From: Mobula hypostoma
Taxonomy: Eukaryota
Assembly (NCBI RefSeq): GCF_963921235.1
Contig: NC_086097.1
Location: 83,330,001-83,394,000 of the forward strand
Direction of reading: 5' to 3'
Length of the DNA: 64,000 nucleotides
The position numbers were made by a program, and so were the translations under genes. The notes below the pieces were generated by a model that made no database searches, was not told the DNA's origin, and saw nothing but the letters and a program-made list of their open reading frames with translations. Of this stretch, positions 50,380 through 63,767 are shown in pieces (position 1 is the first letter of the stretch; every line of letters begins with the position of its first letter).

Positions 50380-50804
50380 GTAAGACTGAAAGGTGGGCAA
50401 TTTGCAATCTTTGTGAAATGTGTTTGTCCTTTTCCGCTTCTCTGAAAATTAGCAATATTATGTCATAAAGATGACTGAGCAGTCACTCGCATTGATGTAT
50501 TCTGGAAAGCAGCAAGCCAGGATGCAAAGCAAGCTTCTCCATGCTGCTAAATGTTTGGAAGTGGTGAAAAACCAACTGGAATATACCATTAGACTAGGTA
50601 CTGTAGTAATACAAGTCCATTGCACAGAATGAGGCCATGGACTTCATCTTGCTTCTGACAATTGAGAAAATGACTTCAAGTTCTACTCACTTCCCAGATC
50701 CCATCTGTTAGCCCTGCAGATTATGCCTTTTAAACTGCTTATCAGGGTAGTTTTTAAATGCTATGAGGGTCGCTGCCTTCAAACTGTCATAACATCATTT
50801 GTTG

Positions 50805-51075
50805 ATCTATTGTACTTTTGATGAGCAAGTCCAGGATCCAGTTGCAGAGGGAGGTTTACAGGGGCCCAGGTTTAGAGGCTTGGTGGTTAATACTGAAGGG
50901 ATGATGTTGGTGGATGCTGAGCTGTAGTTGACAAACAGAGGCCTGGCGTATGTTTTGCTGTTGTCTAGGTGCTCCAAAGCATTGCAGAGAGCCAGTAGAA
51001 TTACATCTGCTGTAGACCCACGGTGGTGGTAGACAAATTGCAGCAGACTGCTCCTGAAACTAACACTAGCCAATA
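50805..51075 (-). mobile_element. Rex1/Babar-like RT fragment
   Basis: ORF 50807-51073 (LQFVYHHRGSTADVILLAL..LEHLDNSKTYAR). Confidence 0.75.
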
Positions 51076-54000
51076 CTGGATTTGCTCCAGTTTTTTATTG
51101 GTCCAGGATATAGAATGCAATTGGTCAGGCTTAGAATGCATTTATTAATTAGGCTTGGCTCCTCTTTCAACGGAGACCCTCAGCTGAGGTGGGTGAAATT
51201 CCAAGAAGGGTAAAAGTACTTGGAATTGTTATCTGAGTAAATTGTCTTCTGCTTTCGGGGAGTAAGTGAATGTACTCAACAGTGAAGAAAAACTGAATGG
51301 AGATATTTTTGTTTTAAAGATTACATTCACTGATTTGTGGATTTTAAAAAAGCTCAAGGCCTTAAGAAAGCATAACATCCTATTATCATTAATGTTTTTC
51401 TTAGAGAGATGAATGAACTTCAATAATATTTGGTGAATTATTATCAAGACATAAAAGAGATTGCATCTTCATCTAAATGAAAATTATGCCAGGATAGTAA
51501 TATTTCCTAACTTTGAATAAATATCCACTCAAGTGAAAACACGACACTTTCATTTTAAAAACAATGGAGCAAATCAATTGACCATAAAGGCTAAATGAGT
51601 TATTCCATTCTGCACACATCACCATGACATGATGCATTATAGGATACATTTTGTTCCTGGATAATTGATTTTCAATTCAATGTGAATCTACAGTTTCACT
51701 TTATATTGGAGGTTTAAACATAATATTAGCAGAGTGTAAAAGTGAGGAAGATTTTTAATGGTGGATACTGCACATGTTTTTCCGTAGATGTAGTAACTAT
51801 GCCAGATCTTGCTGTATCAACCTTCCATCTAGAATCACTGCCTATGATATGTACAGAATACCCATCTTTGAGTGAGCTAAATGCAGAGAGATGATTCTGC
51901 AAGTAGCAAAGTTCATTTAGCAGCTAGACCTTGTGTGGTCTGTGAAAACCCAGCCCCGATTACCTTCTCAGTACAGATGTGTAAATCTGGGGCTTCCATT
52001 CAAGCTGAGTACTAGTGGTTCTCTTTGGGACTGCTCTCCACAGCTGACAGAATTCAACCAAGTGCATCAGAGATAATATTTTGGTGGTAATCTAATGTGC
52101 TGATCTAAATTTGTGTGAACTACAATACATTTACAATAAGATCTTACGGAGGTTATAGATCTCTTTGGGAAGAGCCATGTTTGCCGTCTTCTAAATCCAT
52201 CAAAAATTATTTCTCAGACATAAAACTGAACTTCCACAAGAGAATGTGCAGTTTTTGGAAACTGATTTTCTACAGGCAAAATTACTGATTGTCTTGAAGC
52301 AGAAGAAGCACTAGATACAACAGAGAAATGCCTGACTGTGAAGTTTATATTTCTGTGTGATGAGGGGTAAAATTCTATTTAAAACCATATTGCTGCTCAA
52401 CAATTCAGGTAGCATCTGCAGAAAGAGAAGCCGAGTTGAGAGCCTCATATTCCAGAAAAAAAAGAGTTGTTGCATTACTCCTGGTCTACTGGCACTTATT
52501 TATCCCTCGAAGAACATCACTAAAGTTGACTATCTGGTCATTATCACATTGCTTTTTGAAGGCACATTGGCAATGCATTTCTGATGTGAAGTCATTTAGT
52601 CCATTATACTGGAATAGTACTATTTAGAGCCATTTAAATGAAATACACCAATCCATTCACTCCATAAACTATGCTTTCTTGCTGTGTTTGAAATGTTTAC
52701 TCCAATATCGCTACCTCAACCATTCCCTGAGGGAAAATATCCAGTATTCCAAATATTTTTTTCATAATATATCTTTTCTTGCACATCTGCTCATGACAAT
52801 TTTAAGTTGATGACCCTCTTCACTAGTATGTTACTCAAAACCAGTGACCCTTTCTATTTGCTCCATTGGAGCCTTCAATTTTATTTAAAATCTCCACTTG
52901 ACCTTCACTGTTCCAGCGGAAATAGCTGCAGTATCATTTCAATCATGACAAGTGTTCCTATTCCTAGCGTGTTTTCAGTGACTAAATGGCATTGCTCACA
53001 GATCTTGTTCATTGTATGCAGTTTTGGCTGAAGAACTGCTTAGTTCTTGTGCTTACGGGTTGATGTTTGTGATTTAGAATTAGTTCCTTCTGTGCTTGTA
53101 GAATTTGGTAAAACAAGATAAGCTACCAGCTTTTGTGCAACCAAGAAAGTAAGGCACTGTTGCATTTATATAAATACCTTAACTAATATGAAGAATGTGC
53201 AACAATTGTGTAGTCAAGTGTAATTACTATTACAATGTAGGAAATGTGCAGCCAATTTGTACATGGCATTCAAACAGTACTGTGATAATGAACAGATGGA
53301 TTCTTTTAGTGATATTTGAGACTCAAATGTTGATCAAAACACCAGAGATAATGCAAATAAATTTCATTGAAACAATATTCTTGAATTTGGTGAAGGCTCT
53401 TTGACCTGTGTTGTAAACTGTTTCACTTTCCAGAGATTATGTTCAGTGTTCCTAGAATCTTTTGCTTTAATTTCTGATTTTCAGGATCTCAAGGTTTTAT
53501 CTTACCTTTTACTATGGACCCTTGCATCCCTTCCAAGGGGAGATGGGTATCTCAGTTTGAAATCTGATTCAAAGCATAGTGCCTCCTGAAATGCAGAACT
53601 TCCTTAGTTGTGTTGGAGTGCCAGTTAAGATTATTGTGATCAAATCTCCAGATCTGATTCATCAGAGGCGAGAATACTCCCAGCATGAGCAACAACTAAC
53701 ATCTTTAATGCAGCCGACAGGAAAGGGAGGAAGTGTAGCATTAATGCATTTTCTGCAGTATCCAATTCAATGTTTTTTGAATTAGCTAACAGACCATGCA
53801 GCAGATAGATTACTGCCTTTGTAATGTGCAGATTTGGGCCAAAATAAATTATCCATTGTCAACACAGATGGTAGAGAAAGAGTAAAAACAAAAATTGTCT
53901 GTTTTTCAGATGAAATCATAACTACAATTCAATTTTTTTAACTGCATAAGCTGGCTATCTGAAACAAAATCAGAAATTCTGAAATACCAGAAGGTCAGGT

Positions 54001-56415
54001 AGCATCAGTAGGAATAGAAAGAAAATTAACATTTCATATTGGAGACCTTTTGTCAGACCTTTTGTCAGAACCACAGATGCGACTGGGCCTTGTGAGCTTT
54101 CTGATTTTATCATAATTACAATTAATTCTTAAAGTCCCCAGAGAAATATTTGTGTTTTTTTCTATGGAGTTTTATTTTCTGACCTTTAAAGGTCATATAG
54201 TATCTACTAACTATTGCAGAATTGTTGCAGAGCTTATAACAAGACCACTTGACCTGCTGAGCATGTGCTGACTTCTTTGAAGAATAGCAGAGCTGAGCAT
54301 GGTTCCCATATCCTTCGTTTCCCTGTTTATCAATTCTCTCTTAAGGACTGCTATTGAAGATGAGCCCACATGAAGTCCATGCTTCAATAAAAAAATCAAA
54401 TGCTGTTTCTCCTGAATACTGAATGGTACATAAAGTTATCTTTAGGAATCTAGATTTAAAAGCAGCAAAGGGAATGAGTGAATGTTCTTGTCCCTGCTTG
54501 TTATTCACTGTCTTTTCTTTATTGGTTCACAAAATGGATCTAAGTGTAATCAGTTAGATGTGTTTTCTCTACACTGAAAAATGGCCTTGGTTTAAATTGT
54601 CAGTATTATTTTAAGATGTCATTAAAGGATGCCTCTTGCAAGAAGCAGCTTGTTGCCATGGGGAGTTACTGTATGTGCTTGAAAATGGTGATTATGAGAT
54701 TGATGCTGATTCTGAATTGCAAAGTGTTTTTCTGTCTCCTGGCAGTGACAGAGTTACACCAGATTAGTGATCACAACTCTCATCCTCCCAAGCTCAAAAT
54801 ATTCTTAAAATGCTGAAATATTCTCAAAATCATTTTGGTGACAATGTTTCTACCAGAAGATTAAAAGTATATTAAGATAAATGATAGAGCATCCTAATTT
54901 TACATCTGTTGTTGCATCTTAATTTTGAGCAATGATATTTCTTGAATGGTGTAACATCATATTGGTTTCTTTGAAGTTTACAGGAAAAGATTCTCAAACA
55001 ATAATATGGATACTGTTTGGGGTTCAAATGCACGTCTCTATGTGACCTTCAGAACTTCTTGTGCTGTTGGCTCAACTGTCAGAAGCTGCCAAGTGATATT
55101 AGCTGCAGTTAGGCTCTGCCAGTGGAAGTGACATTTTATTGACTGATACCCTGAGATCCGTTAGAGCACATGGTTAGTTGACAGAAAGATGAGGTATTTA
55201 TTTTAAGGAATTGCTATTAATGGGAGAAGCTCTATCGATGTAGATAATGAAATTAGAATTTCCATCTGGCATTCATATTTTGCCATGATGCGTCTGATGT
55301 AGGTAGTTCATAGAGTCTCAGGTAATTTTTTTTTGGTCAGTTTTGCATACTATTGAAAATGACCATTTTCCTTCCTGGGACTTTTCTGTCACTGCCCCCT
55401 TGCTATTTTCAATTGAGGAAGCAAAACAAGATTTAAGTTTTACTCTTTAGCAACCATCCCTCCTATTCTTCAGTCAGTGTATGTAGGATGTAACTGATCC
55501 ACTGCACTTCCTTCCTTCCCTTCTCCCGAAAACTAACCAACTTCCAGCCAGATATGCTCTCCTAATATTACCGACATGTGCCAGATTGATGTCTACAATT
55601 TGTTGATTTGAAATTCTATACACATAATCAAATTTGACAGGTTTTTATACTGCTTCCAAAGAAATTTATAATTGCCCAAACTACTGAAGTAATAATTCAA
55701 CAGAAAGCTATTAGGCAAAAGGTATCCTTCTTGGTATTGTCATGGTTACTGTATTGTTGTTTTTTATGGATATTCTAAAGATGAAGGTCCAGAAGTTCTT
55801 CAATATGTAAAAACTGTGGTTGAAAGGGATGGTGGTTTGGTGTTGGACCAGTGCTAGCTTTACCTGTGAGGTATTGTGGGCAGCTGGGGTAGTGGGGGTT
55901 GTGCTATCAAGGAATAAGATGGGCCTACCTTAGAATAAACAATCCTAGCCCTTGTAATCAAATCTTGTGATTGGTTTTGTGAAACTGCCTTCACATTGCC
56001 CTGCTATTTAATGAGGCTACTTTGAAGCATAAGTTGTGGGCCCATTTGTTGAAGGGGTTAGGTTGGTAGATGCATGTGCAGTGCACTCCTTGAACAGATG
56101 ATAGGACAATTGACATTGGAGACAGAGACCGAGGCAGGAATGAGCCATAGGAACTTAACCCTGATGAAGAAGGACTTGAGGATTGTTGTGAAGTGCAGCA
56201 TTATTCAAAGTGATTTTTGTCTTTTCAAAAATGAATAGATAATATGTCATTCAAAGTTTAGAAATTCTATCATATTTAAGTGTCTCATTATGTGCCTAGG
56301 CTTGGAGCCTGCTCTGGATTATCCTAGTGTAATCTACGCTGCTGGACAATCCAGTTAGTGAAAATCAAAAGAAGTGCAAATGCTGGAAAAGCTCATCATC
56401 TGTGGAAAGAGAAAC

Positions 56416-56452
56416 AGTCAACGTTTCTGGTCCGGGACCCATCATCAGAACT
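56416..56452 (-). ncRNA. Minimal type I hammerhead ribozyme motif (variant) in a Penelope-like terminal fragment
   Basis: The minus strand reads AGUU-CUGAUGA-UGG-GUCCCGGA-CCA-GAAAC-GUU-GACU. Confidence 0.7.
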
Positions 56453-58530
56453 AAGAAAAAGATGAGCAATGAGCTTATTGGCGAAGAGCAGTGGGTGGGA
56501 TGTAATTCTGGAACGTTTCTAAGCCTGCTCTTGTAGTCAAGATTCACACCATTCACAAGTCACATATAAATAGCAGGAAGTAGCAGGAGTGACCAGGTGT
56601 GCACTTAGATCCCGAGTGATGTCACTTAAACACACCCAGCAGCTTTCACACATCAGTACAAAAAGCACAAAACATTGTGGCAGGCAATTGACGCTTTAGC
56701 CATGGTGTGATAAATGATTAATCATGTATTTTCCCCCAAGATGTACAGCACTTTGAACAATTTCACTTCACTACCCACAGAATATCAAAAGAATGATAGT
56801 ACTTGCTCACAGCAGTTCAAAGTATTACGTATTCCACAGAAAGGTACCGTTTAATCTCCTCCACCTGGATCCTGTATTAAACTTCTACAAAGAGTACAGT
56901 TTAAATTATAGTGAGAGTTACTCAGCTTCACTGAGGTTAGCTATTGAATGAAACAGCAGCCAAGCTAAAAGCACTTCAGTTACTGCAGATGAAGCAATGA
57001 ATAAATTACTCATAAGAGGCTCAACACTTGCTCATTCACCATGCCTTCAAAGCAGTTCAATAGGTTGAATTATCTTTTTCAAGTTATTCTAGATATGAGA
57101 GGCAGATATTCAGAAGTGATCATTTAATGCAGAGACTGCATGGAAACTGAAATTCCCTGACCTACAGCAGTCTCTTCCTAAGTTCTGATGCCAAATATAT
57201 GAACTCTATTTTGAACTCCTGCTGTCATTGCCAGCTCTCCTATTTCTCAAGCCTGGTTCTACAAAGGGAATGTCATTGGTTATTTCTCTATACTGTGCTT
57301 CACACCAGTTCAGACCAACTGAAGAGAATTAATTAGGCATTAAATTGATTACATGTTGTTTAATCAGATGGCAAATAAAAAATTAGTCTGGTTTATTGGA
57401 GTATAAATCTCTAAGCGTACAGTGTAACACAAGTATTTTACTTTTCCAAGATATATTTGACATACTGCATTTTGTGGTGTTGAGCCAGGTGCTATCATCA
57501 TTAAAATCACATACTTTTCCTCATAAAGAGTTAATCCTATTGAATAAAATGCAAATATTTTACTGGCCCCATATGATTCATTCAAATGATGTTCACTTCA
57601 ACAAAATCATACCTAAATGGGAAAATTTAATTTGCTTTGCTTTGGAATGGCAGTTAGCAATGGACTTTGAAATGCACCCTGTTATTTTTCACTAGGTTAC
57701 TTAAACCTGTTTCAGAGCAGGTAAACATCATTCCATTTTGGATATTATTTGGTTTTGTCAGTATTTCTTGTCTTTTTTTTCTATCTCTAGTTTTGTATTT
57801 TTTGTCTCAACTCTTGTAGTTGTTTTTTTTTTGTCATTTCCTGTTTCTTGGATCTCAATTTTCCCTGGGGGCTCTTCCAGGAAAATGATAGCACCTCGTC
57901 TTCATCCTATCCTTTCCTCAGCCTTGTGTTAATGCTTGCTTTGCCTATTGGAAATATCCTGCTCCTTTCCTGGTCACATGTTAACTTGCTCTTTAACTTT
58001 CCAAAATCATTTTGTTAATCTGCCTATACTGTACATTACAACACCTTCCAGCACTTTAAAATATATTTATTCTTTGTTTTAGCTTCTTAGTCATAGTCAT
58101 AGTCATACTTTATTGATCCCAGCGGAAATTGGTTGTTATTAAATTGTTTACCAAAAAAAACACTAGTTTCCTTTCTCTGACTTGCCTCATTAATTGACCA
58201 ACCAGATGATTTCAACAACAGGTTATCCCAGTCCAGGCCTGACCTGCCCTTTGTCCATCTTTCCACAACCTTTTCTCCAACTTTAAACTAATTTGTCTTA
58301 TCTCGTTCCCACTTATCACACAGTCTTTTGACTTGAAACGTTCTTTTACTGCTTCCATAGATGCTGTCTGACCTGCTGCATTTTTCCAGCATTTTGTCTT
58401 CAGTTCACTCAGTGTTGTTCTGAATTTCCTTCAGTTATCAATTAAGCTTCTGCAAGTTTCAAGTAATTTGTCCTTTTCAAATTCAGAATTTTTATTATTT
58501 TATCTTTCTCTTTTTTGTTTTAAAAATGTT

Positions 58531-58813
58531 AAAGTCTGTCCCGAGCCTTATAGGCTCATCAGGCTGGTGTTTATGCCAGTTTCCGTGGTGTGAAGCAACT
58601 GAGAATACGAGACGCCCCCTCAGATAGGATGCCAGTCTATCGCGAGGTTAACCCCCAGCGTTTTGCCGGTACTGTACCCATTTTCAGCTGGGTGGACTGG
58701 AGCATTGTGTGGTTAAGTGCCTTGAAAAAGACACAACATGCTACCTCGGTTAGGGCTTGAACTCACGACCTTCAGATGGCTAGTCCAACGCCCTAACCAC
58801 TTGGCCATGCACC
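58531..58813 (-). mobile_element. tRNA-derived SINE with clear Pol III boxes
   Basis: On the minus strand: A box TGGCCAAGTGG (58797-58807), B box GAGTTCAAGCC (about 58754-58764), then a central gtccacccagctgaaaatgggtac block. Confidence 0.8.
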
Positions 58814-59019
58814 ACACTTATTTGTTTTAAAGTTCATCCTAAACCTTAACAGCAAGCAGACTGAATAAACTTACAATTTCATTTATCAAATCTTAAACTG
58901 AATTAGATTACTTTAATTTCCCATTGGAAGGTTAATTCTGAATAAGAAATCAAGAAAAAACTCTTGTAGAAAGAGTACAGAGCGGAAGCTGGTTAGGAAG
59001 TTCCTGAAGGTGTACAGAA

Positions 59020-59512
59020 GGATTTTGAGGCATTAAAGAGGATACAGAAGAGGTTTACCAGGATGCTGCCTAGTTTAGAGGGCCTGTTCTATCATGACAG
59101 GCTGGACAAACTTGGGTTTTTTTCTTTGGAGAGGCGGAGGCTGATGGGAGATCTGATTGACGTTGATCAGATTATGAGAGACATAGATATAGACAGGGAT
59201 TATCTGTTTCCCAGGGTAGAAATATTTTTACCAGAGGGCATGCATTGAAGGTGAGAGGGAGAAGGTTCAAAGGGGATGTGAGGGGAAAGTTTTTTACTCA
59301 GTGTGGTGGATGCCTGGAATGAGCTGCCTGGTATGGTGGTGGAGGCAAATACGTAAGTAGCTTTTTAGAGATGTTTAGATGGGCACATGGATATGGGCAT
59401 TGTGTAAGTAGGAGGAATTCATTTTTATGTGTTTTTGATCTACTTTTTAGCTAGTTTGGCACAACATTTTGGGCCAAATGACCTATTCCTGTGCTGTACT
59501 GTTCTATGTTCT
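59020..59512 (+). mobile_element. CR1 3' fragment, older
   Basis: ORF 59063-59248 (RLDKLGFFSLERRRLMGDLI), with a gttctatgttct tail at about 59500. Confidence 0.85.
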
Positions 59513-60839
59513 AATCATCCAAACTCATCAGTAATAATAGATGATTCTTACTGGAACATCATCAAGATTAGATTTTTGCTTATTCCCAGCTGCATACCAT
59601 TGATTAGCTGACTCTTGGAGTCATATTGCCACACTATTTCTGTACTCATGTTCTGTTCCTTCTGGAGTCGCAACAATAACTCTATCGTCTTCAAAGGCAC
59701 TGGTGCAATTGGGGAATATAGATTACATGAACTGAGCAGCAACATGGTGTAGCTAGTGGAAATGCTGCTGTACAGTTGGGTTTAACCCCCAACATCCATT
59801 GCTGTTTGTGTGGATTTTACACATTCTCCCTGTGACTATATGAATTTTCACCCACAGTCCAAAAATGCAGGGGTTAGTAGCTTAATCAGCCATGGTAAAT
59901 TGCCCTCATGTAAAGGTAAATGTTTTAGGTTGGAGGAAATTATGGGAAAGTAGTTTAGCATAGAATTGATTCACAAATGGCTTGGACTTGGTGGGATGAA
60001 GGGCCTGTTTAAGTTCTGTATCTCCCTATGACTCTGTGATTGTATGAACAGGGAAATGGAAATTAAGTATTGGAACTATGCAAAGTACAAAACTCTGACC
60101 CCCTCAGTGCCATCAGAACTGAGGCAGAGCTGAACTATTCCCTGCCTTTAGATCGTAGTGATACCCCTGTCAGCAATATTTGTGAAAGTAAAATATTCTT
60201 GGGGTAGGGTTCAGACGATGCATTGTGGTTGTGCAGGGGTGGAGTAGTATATACAGAGTTAGGGTCCAAATTGATAGTGACTAGTAGCAGAGAACAATAA
60301 ATACAGGCAAGGCCACAAAATGTACTCGAGGAGCGTGAGAACCAAGTGTTGCAAATGATTGCTTTTAAAGTCTACCTAAAGCACTGTAGGAACCAGGAAA
60401 GTAGAAGAGTGCCCATCAGGCCACACAAACAGCAAATCCAAAGGCCGTGCCATACCTCCATCTGATGGAGTGGTGAAGCACAAGGAACATAGCCTATGGG
60501 TTAAGTTTGGTGACATACCAAGAAGCTGATATAAGACTTAATCAGAAATGGGTCACTGCTTCTGAAAACAATGAAATCCTGGACAGCTCCACCTCTTTTC
60601 TCAAAGCTCTGTAAGATCTTGCACTGAGGAAACTCTTGCTCAGCTGTTCATGTTTCTCTTTTGGTGGCTTTTTGCTTGATAGTCTCCTCCTGCAGCATAT
60701 TAGGACATGCATAGTGCCATGTGAATGGAACTTTTTGTTGATCTTGTTAATGCTTCTTTGTCCTTACTGCTGCAACACTATATTGTATGCAATATTGAGA
60801 GAGAATTTGTAAAATTATTTAAGATCCCAGTCTCCATAA

Positions 60840-61345
60840 TTATAAAAAATAAGATACAAATGCAGGGGAACTGTGTTAAACCTACATAATGTACCAATTA
60901 GGCCACAACTAAAGAATTGAATCTAATTTTGGTCAAGGCACTTCAGTGATGACATAAAGGTCCCAGAGAGGATGCAAAAAATCTATTAGAAAGGTTCCAG
61001 AGATCGAGGATTATGTATATGAGATTATACAAAGGAAGGTGGATGTGTTCTCCTGAAGCAAAGAAGCTTTGGAAGGGGTTTAATGGAGGTGTATGATATC
61101 ATGATGGGGTCATTTGGTGAAATGAGGAAAATGGCTTTAGCTTGTGAATTTGCGATTTAGTTTGCGAATCGGGGATGTAGATTTAACCTGGTTTGTGAGG
61201 ACTTTGCTGTAACCTGAGAGTAATTATGATGTGGAGCTCGCTGTCCACAAGTGCGATGAAAATGGCCAAGAATTGGACAAGCAGTTGAGGGGAAAGAGCA
61301 GAGGAATCCATTAATAGCTACAATGGGCTTGATGAAGTAGAATGG
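60840..61345 (+). mobile_element. Highly degraded CR1 3' fragment
   Basis: Remnants of RPQLxYCxxFW..LERMQ..RRLxGDLIEVY in broken frames. Confidence 0.55.
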
Positions 61346-61464
61346 TCACCTTCCCTCCTTTAACAACACATGCAGAAGAGTAGCAACAGACATCCTGGTC
61401 ACATGTCATGAGACATTAATATAAAGTAAAATGGTGTGAGAAAGACAGGGAAAGAATCACAGCA

Positions 61465-63015
61465 CAGGTTTCCCCCGCCATCCGAAGGTAGAGCATTCCT
61501 ATGAAACAGTTCGTAAGCCAAAATTTCGTAAAGCGAAGAAGCAATTACCATTTATTTATATGGGAAAAATATGTGAGCGTTCGCGGACCCAAAACATAAC
61601 CTACCAAATCAAGCCAATTAACACATAAAACCTAAAATAACAGTAACATATAGTAAAAGCAGGAATGATATGATAAATACACAGCCTATATAAAGTAGAA
61701 ATACTTCTCCACAATCATTACTGAACTGTTCGCCGAAGCGAAAATCTCACGCAAGCGCTGTTGGCAAGAACACTCTCTCCAGTAACCTTTAAACTATGAA
61801 GCTGCCAAATCTACCAAATAACACGTAAAAATACACAGCCTATATAAAGTAGAAATAATGTATGTGCAGTGTAGTATCACTTACGGGAATCTGGAAGACA
61901 GCGCAGAGCACACTGATGATGGTGTGTTAGACTTGTCGGAGTTTGAGTGGTGCAGTGGCCCCCACCCTCCGGGCTGCTGAGTGATACATTACCGCGAAGA
62001 ACGCAGGGGTCCAGCGGTAGCCGGGAGGTACACAGCACATCTTTAAGAAAAAAGCCGAAACAAACATGCTAATTAATTAGGTGCTGCCCGCAATTGTCGG
62101 CCCAGATCAGTGCCAATTTCCGATTGCGTTGTCTCTGATCTGGGCCGACAATTACGTGTCGGCGGCACCTAATTAATTAGCGTGTTTATTTCAGTTTTTT
62201 TCTTAAAGATGTTCTGTGTGCCTCCCAGCTACCATTGCATTCTCCGCGAATCGGTATCTGTCCGTGGCCTGGGGGTTGGGGTGGTGGGACACTGGGGTGT
62301 CATCTCATCGCCTATTTCCATTAGAGCAGGCAGCTCATCTTCTTCTATGACTGCCCGCCTCGATGTCGAAGGTCGAGGTTCGTGGTCTGCTGTGGCTGAT
62401 ATGGAAGGTTTGCTTGACTGCTGAGCCTCACGCATTTTTCTATCACACAGTTCTTTAATAAGGACTCAAACCATCCTGCAAATATCCCCTAAACCAACGT
62501 ACCCGTTCAAAATTAAAGTCGTACTTTATCATTACTCATTCGGTTTCCATTGTTATCCTTTTTGCTTCCAATTGCATCAGCTTTTCATCTGTCAGTTCTT
62601 GGTGATGGGATGCCAAAACATCATGTTCGTCAGCTTCCACAAGCCAAACTCACGTTGTCCTTACTTCGATCACCACGATCAAAACGCTTAATTATGTCTA
62701 GTTTTATCGTAAGTGTAACACCTTTACGAGCTCTTTCAAGCTTTTCCGATACCATAGAACTCATCTCGCGAACGGCTGCTCACAGGCTCGTGTTAAAGCA
62801 AAGCAGTTCCGAATCCGGGGGAGAGCGGCTGCTCGGGGCGTGCTGCCTTTTATCGCGCACTGATTTTTTTCGCGTGCTGATTTTTTTATCGCGCGCTGAA
62901 TTTTTTTTTCGTAACAGTGAAAACACCTTCTGAAAGCGAAAACAGGGTACTAATGTAGGTCTTTCGTAACAGTGAGGTTTCATAAAGCAAACGTTCGAAA
63001 AGCGGGGGACACCTG
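61465..63015 (-). mobile_element. Tigger/pogo-like transposon, internally deleted, CpG-rich
   Basis: TIRs CAGGTTTCCCCCGC and GCGGGGGACACCTG. A minus-strand ATG at 62764 opens MSSMVSEKLERARKGVTLTIKLDIIKRFDRG (CENP-B/psq-type HTH). No DDE domain seen. Confidence 0.85.
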
Positions 63016-63638
63016 CATTGCCATAACAATTTAGTGATTCTGCATCAGTGTGTTCAAGTAATGAATTTGTTCATTTTGTCAAAAGGGGTGCTAGATTTTG
63101 TTTTCTTTCAGTGGGATAATTCTCTATTTCTCCAAGTTTAATGCAAGAGCCATATTCACCTGTATTCATTTAACTAAATTCAATTGCTGGAATGCAGAGG
63201 GAGTTATTGTTAAATATTCATTCAGCTATATGACAAGATACTGTAACAATGCATCTCAGTTTATTGCTCCAATAAGAAGACAATAGGACAGATATCATTG
63301 TATCCTTCCACTTGAAATGGGGTAAAAATATTCAAATTCCATCCTCGGCATCTTTGTGGGAGCACTGTCTTCAAAAGAGGTGGCCAGGTTGTGTTGTAAC
63401 AATTGATTGAGAAGTGCACAGCACCTTTTCAGAACCTCTAGAGAGATATGATACAATACAGGTTTACCAGTGTCAATCATAATCCCAAGAACAAATAACT
63501 TCAGTAGTACTTTGATCACATTCTTGGCAAATAACAAGTTGTTGGTACAATATTTTTTTTAAATGCATGCTTCTGCTTCTGCAGTGTTAGTGAGTATTCG
63601 TCTGGCAAATAATTTTTCATGTTTTACTTTTCCAACAG

Positions 63639-63767
63639 AGCCAACCTTTGGAACAGTCAGTCCAACACTATGTGAGAGGCTGATAAACTGTACCTTGACA
63701 GTGAAGGATTGTCCGCATGGTTTTGTACAAGATGAGAAGGGATGCCTGATGTGCCAATGTCTACCTA
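63639..63767 (+). CDS. CRIM1: CRIM1-like coding exon, first antistasin-like domain (exon 8 equivalent)
   Basis: caacAG acceptor at 63637-8 and GTAAGT donor at 63768. 129 bp, phase 1/1. Encodes EPTFGTVSPTLCERLINCTLTVKDCPHGFVQDEKGCLMCQCLP, with the antistasin CxxGFxxDxxGCxxCxC motif. Confidence 0.9.

Noticed and set aside
53401..53589. ORF containing PRGDG, a candidate for the missing CRIM1 RGD exon
   Set aside because: It lacks the surrounding Cys pattern and lies downstream of the VWC2 exon, in the wrong order; likely chance.
58745..58813. Possible tRNA gene
   Set aside because: A and B boxes are present but run into a SINE body with no proper acceptor stem; classed as a SINE head.
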